A stretch of 17,368 nt of DNA, taken from positions 1 to 17,368 of the forward strand of contig JBDRNU010000020.1 in assembly GCA_043810775.1 (NCBI GenBank), written 5' to 3'. This DNA is from an archaeon (lineage in GTDB: Archaea; Nanobdellota; Nanobdellia; Pacearchaeales; GW2011-AR1). A model generated the notes under the pieces. That model saw only the letters and a program-made list of their open reading frames with translations. It did not search any database and was not told the DNA's origin. Each line of letters starts with the position of its first letter. The first letter of the stretch is position 1. The position numbers and the translations under genes are program-made. Positions 1 through 6,720 of this stretch are shown piece after piece.

Positions 1-4
1 TAAA

Positions 5-385
5 ATGGCAGCTCCTCCAACAAATTCAAAGGACATTGCAATTGCAATGATAGAATTCTACCAGCAAAAAGATGAAGAAGGCCTGAAGAATCTAGTTTCT
101 GATTTAGAAGAACTTGCAACAAAAGAACTCAAAGAAGGGCATGCAAGCTTCCCCCTTAGAGAAATTAAAGCAAGAAATATTAAACATTTAGATAGAGTTG
201 CATGTATAGCAGATGAATATAAAGGCATGAAAGAAATGTACGAACAAGGTAAATTGCCAAATCCAGATCCTTGGGACGCAGCAGTTTCAGAAGCATATAT
301 TTTTATTGATACTGATCCAGATGAAGACTTTCCAGTTAGAGCTTTTTTCAGAAAAGCTACTGATTATGATAAATTTACCAGATAA
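5..385 (+). CDS. Hypothetical protein (126 aa, acidic, predicted helical)
   Basis: Open ORF from ATG with natural-looking composition. It ends convergently 3 nt from the helicase stop. No motif recognised. Confidence 0.65.
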   Translation: MAAPPTNSKDIAIAMIEFYQQKDEEGLKNLVSDLEELATKELKEGHASFPLREIKARNIKHLDRVACIADEYKGMKEMYEQGKLPNPDPWDAAVSEAYIFIDTDPDEDFPVRAFFRKATDYDKFTR

Positions 386-388
386 TTT

Positions 389-1954
389 TCATTCCCCTTC
401 TTCAAAATCAAAAATTTCCTTCTGACCTTTATTGACATTGTCTAATTCCTTTTTCAGCCCATCAATTGCCTTATACATTTTTTTCTCCTTGTGAAAAGCC
501 GCCCAATAATATGACTCATCGCGCGTGCCTTTTGTTACCAGAGTTATAAGCTTGCCTTTCATTAACCTGGCTGTTCTGCCAGCTCGCTGAATTTTACGAA
601 TTGCAGAAGGGACAGGCTCATAGAAAACTACTGCATTGACTTCTGGAATATCAAGCCCTTCTTCACCTATACTGGTAGAACAGAGAATATTAATTTTTCC
701 GAGGGAAAACTCTCGGATAATTTCCTGCTGTTCTTTTTGAGACAGTCCTGTTTCTTCCTTGCCGGAGCCTTTTTTTGCCTGCCCTACAAAAACCCGTGCA
801 ATGACTTTAGGAATAGAGTTCACTTCCTTGCAAATTCTTGTAACTGTATCCCTGTATTGCGAAAAAATAATAATTTTTTCTTTTGGATTATTTTTAAATT
901 CTTCTGAAACTACCTCCTTTATCTTGAGAAGCTTGGGATGCTCTTGTTTCCTAGCAAGTAACTCGACTGTCTTTGTATAAGCTAAGTTGAATTCTTTTTG
1001 CTTTATCAGCTGTTGGACTGCTTTTGACTTTCCTTTCTCAGCTTGGGAAAATAGGTCTTGCAGATAGCTGTTGAAACTTGAGAGTGTTTGCGTTTCTAAA
1101 AGTTCGAGGGCGTGCTGGAGTTTTATTGTTGTTGCAGCTGCAGAAGCTCCAACGAGCAAATTAAAGTGCTTATTGCCAGAGGCAATTGCCCTCATAATCC
1201 TATGCTGGGTTTCAAGAAGATTTACTTTTGTAGGGGGACCGAAAAGAAGCTTTCTTTTTTTCAACTCATCCACTTTTTTATTAAGAATTACCTTCAGCAA
1301 TTCGCGAATTTCTGCAAACTCTGAAGGAAAATCAACTTTAATTACTTCAAATTTCAGCTCTTGTATGTACTCTCGAACATCTTCACTTTCTCTTGTTCTA
1401 ACTTCAACTGTTTCTATTCCCAGATTTTTACAAATTTCCCTGATTTTTGACTTTTCATATCCTGGAGAGGCAGTCAGACCCAGAACATGGGGATTGACTG
1501 ACTGCTGCTGATATTTTTTAGCTACATAAGTATATGAATAATTTTTTATACATCTATGCGCCTCATCTTCTATTAGCAGTGAAATTTCTTTTAAATCATA
1601 CAGATTATTTTTTAAATCATTAGCTATACACTGGGGTGTGGAAAAAATTATATCTGCATTTTGCCATAATTTTTTTCTCTTATCAGCTTGAGTCTTGCCA
1701 GTAAATAATTCGAGAGTTGCATAAAGTTCTGGAAGATGCTTTTTGAAATAATTAAGGTGCTGCTGGGCAAGAGGACGAGTTGGAGCGAGAAAAAGAATTT
1801 TTTTATCAGGATGTTGTTTTGACTTATAAACTGCCAGCATTAAACCCAGCAGAGTTTTTCCAATACCTGTTGGTAAGACTACTAGGCAAGATTTTTCTTT
1901 ACAAACTTCAAATATTTCCTGCTGATATTTTCTTGGAGATATATTTTGTATCAT
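389..1954 (-). CDS. hef: SF2 DEAH-box helicase, Hef/FANCM/Mph1 family, helicase module only
   Basis: Q motif PRKYQ, motif I LPTGIGKT, Ia LAPTRPLAQQH, Ib STPQ, II DEAHR, III GLTASPG, HPKL, IV IIFSQYR, V STSIGEEGLDIPEV, VI QRAGRTAR. The helical insert between the RecA domains is typical of Hef. Confidence 0.92.
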   Translation of the reverse strand: MIQNISPRKYQQEIFEVCKEKSCLVVLPTGIGKTLLGLMLAVYKSKQHPDKKILFLAPTRPLAQQHLNYFKKHLPELYATLELFTGKTQADKRKKLWQNADIIFSTPQCIANDLKNNLYDLKEISLLIEDEAHRCIKNYSYTYVAKKYQQQSVNPHVLGLTASPGYEKSKIREICKNLGIETVEVRTRESEDVREYIQELKFEVIKVDFPSEFAEIRELLKVILNKKVDELKKRKLLFGPPTKVNLLETQHRIMRAIASGNKHFNLLVGASAAATTIKLQHALELLETQTLSSFNSYLQDLFSQAEKGKSKAVQQLIKQKEFNLAYTKTVELLARKQEHPKLLKIKEVVSEEFKNNPKEKIIIFSQYRDTVTRICKEVNSIPKVIARVFVGQAKKGSGKEETGLSQKEQQEIIREFSLGKINILCSTSIGEEGLDIPEVNAVVFYEPVPSAIRKIQRAGRTARLMKGKLITLVTKGTRDESYYWAAFHKEKKMYKAIDGLKKELDNVNKGQKEIFDFEEGE

Positions 1955-1975
1955 TTTTGATATTAAGAAGTGTTC

Positions 1976-2611
1976 CTATAACAAAACTGTATATGCTATT
2001 CCTATTAGAGTAATTACTGCCAGTATGAACCACCAAATTAAAGAACCAAAAAATATTTTGCAGCCGTCAAGCTGGCTTATTGGCAGCATGTTAAACGCAA
2101 CATAGGCTATGGTAAGAACTGCCAAGTCTTCAATATTGATTAAATAGGCGAAAAATGCAAGTATTAATAGGACTGCCATTCCCCAGATAGCTATTACCCC
2201 TATGTGGAATTCAGTTAGTTCAGAGTAACTATAAAATCCGTGTCTTCTAGCGGCACGATACTCATGTGGCTTTGCATCATACTGGAGAACTGCATACCAA
2301 GGAACTAGGCCCATTGTGGCAATACTCAAAAGGAAAGTAAGAAGTATTCCTATTGGAATTGGAACTTTAAAATAATAGTATTCTTTAAAACCAAATCTTT
2401 GAAAGCTCCATATTTTTATATCTATATCTGTACTGTAATAATAAGCTACAATTTTTTTGACAATCATATTTATTGCAAGGATGATTAAGAATAAGGAAGC
2501 TATCCACAAAAATTCAAGCCCTTTTAGGTTTTGTTTTAGTGACCATGTACCTACAAATGCCAACACTATTACTGCTAATAAGAAATGGCCTAACTCAGAC
2601 TTTTTAATCAT
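1976..2611 (-). CDS. Polytopic membrane protein, M50/site-2 protease-like with degenerate zinc site
   Basis: About 6 hydrophobic segments. FNMLPISQLDG matches the M50 NxxPxxxLDG motif. The expected HExxH position reads AINMIVKKIVA. Confidence 0.75.
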   Translation of the reverse strand: MIKKSELGHFLLAVIVLAFVGTWSLKQNLKGLEFLWIASLFLIILAINMIVKKIVAYYYSTDIDIKIWSFQRFGFKEYYYFKVPIPIGILLTFLLSIATMGLVPWYAVLQYDAKPHEYRAARRHGFYSYSELTEFHIGVIAIWGMAVLLILAFFAYLINIEDLAVLTIAYVAFNMLPISQLDGCKIFFGSLIWWFILAVITLIGIAYTVLL

Positions 2612-2632
2612 GCTATATTAAGTTTTAAGAAT

Positions 2633-2667
2633 TTTATAAACTTTGTGTATAGAAAAGTATATAAATA
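2633..2667. promoter_or_regulatory. Back-to-back divergent archaeal promoters (BRE + TATA)
   Basis: Minus strand AAAG-TTTATAAA (2644-2633) lies 22-29 nt before ATG 2611. Plus strand AAAAG-TATATAAA (2653-2665) lies 22-29 nt before ATG 2687. Confidence 0.65.
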
Positions 2668-2686
2668 TCAGAACGTAAGTTTGACT

Positions 2687-2971
2687 ATGTTAAGAATAAA
2701 AAAGATAAGCGAGGTTATTGGAAAAAGAGTATACACTGACTCAGGTGACTACTTCGGAGAGGTAGAAGAGGTTAATTTAGTTGAAAATAAGGTAGATGGT
2801 TGGCGTATTAGGGTAACTTCCAGTGCTGCTAGCTTTTTAGGAGGCGCTAGAGGAGTTATTATTCCACATCAGTTTGTAAAGGCTATTGGGGATGTGGTTG
2901 TGGTGAATAAGTCTGCACTACCTACACGTGAAGAGGTTGAGTTAGAAGAGATGGACATTGAAGAAGTATAA
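2687..2971 (+). CDS. PRC-barrel domain protein (archaeal CdpB-like family)
   Basis: ISEVIGKRVYTDSGDYFGEVEEV...VIIPHQFVKAIGDVVVV is the PRC-barrel signature, followed by an acidic tail. Start moved from 2645 to ATG 2687 because a TATA box lies at 2658-2665. Confidence 0.88.
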   Translation: MLRIKKISEVIGKRVYTDSGDYFGEVEEVNLVENKVDGWRIRVTSSAASFLGGARGVIIPHQFVKAIGDVVVVNKSALPTREEVELEEMDIEEV

Positions 2972-2976
2972 TTAAA

Positions 2977-3489
2977 ATGGCTGATACTTTTCTTTCAAAT
3001 GCTATTTTTACCCAAGTAGTTTTACCTTTTTTACTTGTTTTTACCCTGGTTTTTGCTGTTCTTCAAAAAACTAAGTTGCTTGGAGAGGGCAAGAAGAGAA
3101 TTGACGCTTTAATAGCTTTGGTTATTGGAATACTTTTAGTTGCTTTTGCTTATCCTACTGGGATAATTGTCAAGCTAATGCCTTTTATGGCTGTGGTTTT
3201 AGTTATATTATTTGTGTTCATGCTTTTGTTTGGATTTGTTTATTCTGGAAAAGATGGATTTAGCATGCCTAATGGGGTGAAGATTGCCTTGGGAATTCTA
3301 GTTGCTATTGCCTTGATTGTGGCTGTGCTTAATTTTACACAGTGTAGTGGGCAGACTTGCTGGGAGAAAGTTACAGGTTTTATTACTGGAGATGCAGATA
3401 ATGACTTGCTTGCTAGTGGATTGTTTATTGTTGCCATAATTATAGCTATGGCTCTAGTTCTATGGAATCCTGGTAGCAAGTCTAGCTGA
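2977..3489 (+). CDS. Uncharacterised membrane protein, paralog 1 of 3 (about 5 TM)
   Basis: VLPFLLVFTLVFAVLQKTKLLGE...IDALIALVIG motif shared with the two downstream genes. Confidence 0.85.
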   Translation: MADTFLSNAIFTQVVLPFLLVFTLVFAVLQKTKLLGEGKKRIDALIALVIGILLVAFAYPTGIIVKLMPFMAVVLVILFVFMLLFGFVYSGKDGFSMPNGVKIALGILVAIALIVAVLNFTQCSGQTCWEKVTGFITGDADNDLLASGLFIVAIIIAMALVLWNPGSKSS

Positions 3490-3500
3490 AGAAATTAACG

Positions 3501-3513
3501 AAAGATATTTAAA
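3501..3513 (+). promoter_or_regulatory. Putative BRE/TATA promoter for membrane paralogs 2 and 3
   Basis: AAAGA-TATTTAAA, with the TATA element 22-29 nt upstream of ATG 3535. Confidence 0.5.
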
Positions 3514-3534
3514 GTAAAATTTAGTTTATAAGAT

Positions 3535-4047
3535 ATGATAAAAGGGCTGATGCTACAGTGGGCTGGAACTGGCACATATAATGATTTAGTAATCAAACTT
3601 GATGAAATTGGTTTTTTTACTTTAGTTTTGCCATTCTTGCTTATATTTGCACTTGTTTTTGGGATTTTATCAAAACTAGAGATGTTCAAGGATGCAAAGG
3701 GGGTAAATGCAGTTATTGCCTTGTCTATAGCTTTACTTTCTTTATGGAGTGGATATGTGTCTAATTTTTTCGCAATTTTATTTCCCAGGTTTGGAATGGG
3801 AATTGCTATTTTACTAGTTGCGTTGTTAATGATGGGAATATTTGTGCCTTTTAAAGGCAATGAGAAGTGGGGGAATTATATTTTTCTTGGAATAGGAGCT
3901 TTTATATTTTTAATTATTACTTTTGTTTCACTTGATGAGTATTCATATTTTTCAGGAGGGTGGTTTCAGAATTATTGGAGCAGCTTATTTGTTGCAGTTT
4001 TGATTATTGCAGCAATAGTAGTGATAATTACCACTTCAAACAGATAA
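3535..4047 (+). CDS. Uncharacterised membrane protein, paralog 2 of 3
   Basis: VLPFLLIFALVFGILSKLEMFKD...VNAVIALSIALL, about 5 TM segments. Confidence 0.85.
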   Translation: MIKGLMLQWAGTGTYNDLVIKLDEIGFFTLVLPFLLIFALVFGILSKLEMFKDAKGVNAVIALSIALLSLWSGYVSNFFAILFPRFGMGIAILLVALLMMGIFVPFKGNEKWGNYIFLGIGAFIFLIITFVSLDEYSYFSGGWFQNYWSSLFVAVLIIAAIVVIITTSNR

Positions 4048-4048
4048 T

Positions 4049-4531
4049 ATGGCAAATATGGTTGATGTTTCAGGATTAGAATATTATATGCCTATTTTTT
4101 CATTCTTGTTTATATTTGTAATAATATTTGCTTTACTTGCCAAGACTAAACTTCTTGGAGAGAATAAATTTATCAACTTGATTATTAGCTTTGTTATTGC
4201 AATAATTTTTACTTTAATTACAAGCATAAGGAGCTTTGTTGAGACAGTTGTACCTTGGTTTGCTGTCTTGATTGTGGCTTTGTTTTTTGTATTGATGATT
4301 ATTGGATTTAGCCAGAAAAAAATGGAAGATATGATGAAGCCAGGACTAGCCTGGGTTTTTATTGCTTTGCTTGTAATAGTATTCTTAGTTGCAGCTATAG
4401 TTGTTTTTCCAGGCACTTTAGAGCCATTATATGATGATTTTACTGACTGGACTGACAGTGGCGGAATTGCTGGAGGGATTTTATTAATTATAATTGCAGC
4501 TATTGCTGCATGGGTAGTTGCCAAGGGTTAG
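4049..4531 (+). CDS. Uncharacterised membrane protein, paralog 3 of 3
   Basis: PIFSFLFIFVIIFALLAKTKLLGE...INLIISFVIAII. Starts 1 nt after the stop of paralog 2. Confidence 0.85.
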   Translation: MANMVDVSGLEYYMPIFSFLFIFVIIFALLAKTKLLGENKFINLIISFVIAIIFTLITSIRSFVETVVPWFAVLIVALFFVLMIIGFSQKKMEDMMKPGLAWVFIALLVIVFLVAAIVVFPGTLEPLYDDFTDWTDSGGIAGGILLIIIAAIAAWVVAKG

Positions 4532-4532
4532 A

Positions 4533-4540
4533 TTTATAAA
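4533..4540 (+). promoter_or_regulatory. Putative TATA box for the hypothetical gene/csaA pair
   Basis: TTTATAAA 22-29 nt upstream of ATG 4562. Confidence 0.5.
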
Positions 4541-4561
4541 TTCTGAATTTATGCTGATTTT

Positions 4562-5074
4562 ATGACATTATTAAGCAGGGTTGAAGGTAATTTATCTTCA
4601 AGTCCAGATATAGTTTTAGGAAGAAAAACTCAGTGGAGTTTAGTTAGGAATAATTGGCTTCACCAGATAGTTCATTTTACAGTTGCTCCGGAGGAGGCAA
4701 TTCAAGATATAGAAAAATTAAATAGGCTTCTTGAACAAGTGAAATATCCAGGAGCTTACGAGATTGAGGAGTTTGAAAAAGCAGGAGACCGGTTGAGGTT
4801 GGGGAGAATAAAATATTATTCAAAACCAAAAATAGCTAGTGACCCTGAAGCAATTGCAATACTTGAATTAGCTGAGAATCATAATGGAAAGGCTTATGAA
4901 TTTGGAAAAGCAGATGATAATAACCCTAAAGTAATTAGAGTAAAAGGATGTGAAAGAGATATTTATGTTAATATTTATCCTAGCTTAGAATTTATTGGTG
5001 AAAATTCTCATCAGATTCCTCCAGGTAGATATATTTCTTATGAGAAATTTAAAAAAAATCAGAGTGCAAAATGA
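4562..5074 (+). CDS. Hypothetical soluble protein (170 aa)
   Basis: ATG start with upstream TATA and an ATGA overlap with csaA. No motif recognised. Confidence 0.7.
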   Translation: MTLLSRVEGNLSSSPDIVLGRKTQWSLVRNNWLHQIVHFTVAPEEAIQDIEKLNRLLEQVKYPGAYEIEEFEKAGDRLRLGRIKYYSKPKIASDPEAIAILELAENHNGKAYEFGKADDNNPKVIRVKGCERDIYVNIYPSLEFIGENSHQIPPGRYISYEKFKKNQSAK

Positions 5075-5403
5075 TAAGCTATGAAGATTTTCTTCGGTTA
5101 GATATTAGAGTTGGGAAGATTTTAGATGTTGAAGACTTTCCTGAAGCAAGGAATCCTTCTTATAAGCTAAAAATTGATTTTGGCGAGGAAATTGGAATAA
5201 AGAAATCCTGCGCTCAGCTTGTAAAGAAGTACACAAAAAAAGAGCTGAAAGGAAGATTTATACTTGCAGTAGTTAATTTTCCTCCGAGGCAGATAGGACC
5301 GGCTATTTCTGAAGTATTGGTTTTAGGAATTCCAGCTGAGGATGGGGACTGCATTTTGATTGGACCAGAGAGAGAAGTGCCTTTAGGCGGAAAATTATAT
5401 TAA
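5071..5403 (+). CDS. csaA: CsaA/Trbp111-family OB-fold tRNA-binding protein / export chaperone
   Basis: ISYEDFLRLDIRVGKI...PSYKLKIDFGEEIGIKKSCAQL...VVNFPPRQIGPAISEVLVLG...VPLGGKLY is characteristic of CsaA. Confidence 0.92.
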   Translation: MISYEDFLRLDIRVGKILDVEDFPEARNPSYKLKIDFGEEIGIKKSCAQLVKKYTKKELKGRFILAVVNFPPRQIGPAISEVLVLGIPAEDGDCILIGPEREVPLGGKLY

Positions 5404-6213
5404 TTATTTCTTCTTTTTAGAAGTAGTTTTTCTTGCATAGTCAGCTCTAGCTCTATCCACTAGAGGATTAATTACTTTTGTAAATGACTCTTGTGTAGCA
5501 TCAAGCTCTGTTCGAAGAGCTTCAACTGACTTGCCGAAAGTTCCTATTTTATCAACTATTGAGGATTGCAACTTATCAATTATTTCTTCTATTCTTTTAA
5601 CTCGCTTATCAATATCTTTAGTTCTAGCTTCTGACATTGCCTTAAAATCTGCTATATTTCCTATTGCTTTTTTTATTTCAGATATTTTTTCTGCCACTAC
5701 TTGCTCGGCAATTTCATTTATTGTTTCTGTATCTGAATAACCTCCCCCACCTGTATATCCTTGATACTGTTCGTATCCCCCATATCCTTGATTTTCTTGA
5801 GGATATGCTTGTTGATCATACTGCTCTGAAGGTGCAGGAGTTGGAGGATATTGCTCTTGAGGATATCCTTGGTTAACAGGATATTGCTCTTGAGGATATC
5901 CTTGGTCAGGAGACTGCTCTTGAGGATAACCCTGCTGGTTATATCCTTGCTGTGGATATGCTCCATAAGCTTGTTCCTGGTTCATTAGTTGCTGATTTTG
6001 ATTAGATGACATTAGGCTTGGCTGCATTTCCTGATTTTGCATTACTGAATTTTGCACAGACTCTTCTGAGTCTATAGCAGCTTTTACTTTGCTTTGAGAA
6101 ACAGCGTCTTGAATTTCTTTTGCTTTATATCCTTGATCTTGAAGGCTTCTAATTACTTCTTGGTCTGAATAACCTTGTGCTTGCATTTGCTGCACTTGAT
6201 CTAGGATGCCCAT
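5404..6213 (-). CDS. Uncharacterised protein: N-terminal helical domain, Q/Y/P/G low-complexity region, C-terminal coiled coil and basic tail
   Basis: N-terminal QGYSDQEVIRSLQDQGYKAKEI, repeated QGYPQEQYP units, heptad-like C-terminal 90 aa, and a terminal KTTSKKKK. Confidence 0.85.
   Translation of the reverse strand: MGILDQVQQMQAQGYSDQEVIRSLQDQGYKAKEIQDAVSQSKVKAAIDSEESVQNSVMQNQEMQPSLMSSNQNQQLMNQEQAYGAYPQQGYNQQGYPQEQSPDQGYPQEQYPVNQGYPQEQYPPTPAPSEQYDQQAYPQENQGYGGYEQYQGYTGGGGYSDTETINEIAEQVVAEKISEIKKAIGNIADFKAMSEARTKDIDKRVKRIEEIIDKLQSSIVDKIGTFGKSVEALRTELDATQESFTKVINPLVDRARADYARKTTSKKKK
5846..5940. repeat. Imperfect in-frame tandem repeat, 3 units of 30-33 nt, encoding QGYPQEQ[Y/S]P
   Basis: GGATATTGCTCTTGAGGATATCCTTGGT at 5846 and 5879, and the variant GGAGACTGCTCTTGAGGATAACCCTG at 5909. 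Confidence 0.85.
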
Positions 6214-6266
6214 TTTCTTTTATATTAATTGTTTTGTTTATATTTAAATTTAAGTGAGTTAAATTA

Positions 6267-6620
6267 TTATTTAGATTTTTCAATCATATCTTTTACATCT
6301 TCTATTCTTGCAAATTTCAGAGGTTCAAACATTTTAAACTGCCTATAGAGAATCATTACTTCCTCTTTTCTGGCGAGATCTGAAATTTCATCAAGAGTTC
6401 TTTGAAGTGTTTCTTTCATTCTCTCATTTTCTTTTTTCAGTATTTCTAAATCTGCCTTGACTTGAGCCAGGCCTGATTCAATTTCTTCTTTAGTTTCAAC
6501 TAGGTTTTTACTTATTAAAAGTACACGATCTTTTATTAGACTCTGCCTTTCTTCCAAATCTCGCAAAACTGTGTTAAATTCTGATAGTAATGGAGAGACA
6601 TAGTCTTCTTCTTGAGCCAT
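6267..6620 (-). CDS. Uncharacterised coiled-coil protein (117 aa), divergent from the ATPase
   Basis: E/K/L-rich heptad pattern with a C-terminal QFKMFEPLKFARIEDV segment. Confidence 0.8.
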   Translation of the reverse strand: MAQEEDYVSPLLSEFNTVLRDLEERQSLIKDRVLLISKNLVETKEEIESGLAQVKADLEILKKENERMKETLQRTLDEISDLARKEEVMILYRQFKMFEPLKFARIEDVKDMIEKSK

Positions 6621-6686
6621 TTTTCACACTTTTTTTTACTAAAATTATAGAGTTAAGGGGGTTTAAAATTCTTGCCTTTTTAGTAA

Positions 6687-6694
6687 TATTTAAA
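6687..6694 (+). promoter_or_regulatory. Putative TATA box for the ATPase
   Basis: TATTTAAA about 27-34 nt before ATG 6721, which argues against the TTG start at 6697. Confidence 0.5.
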
Positions 6695-6720
6695 AGTTGG
6701 AGTGTTTATCTAGTAATAAG

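Noticed and set aside
759-2013. Plus-strand ORFs at 759, 1071, 1112 and 1780
   Set aside because: Antisense shadows of the well-supported helicase, with no recognisable protein features.
3240-4524. Minus-strand ORFs 3240-3479, 3495-3860 and 4084-4524
   Set aside because: Antisense to the membrane paralogs. Their I/K/N/T-rich composition is the mirror of hydrophobic codons.
5846-5940. 28-nt direct repeats as a possible mini CRISPR array
   Set aside because: Units are adjacent with only 2-5 nt between them, are in frame within a CDS, and no cas genes are present.
5531-5966. Alternative ORFs at 5531, 5664 and 5718, including the repeated LLTKDILKSNI
   Set aside because: Off-frame or antisense readings of the Q-rich gene and its tandem repeat.
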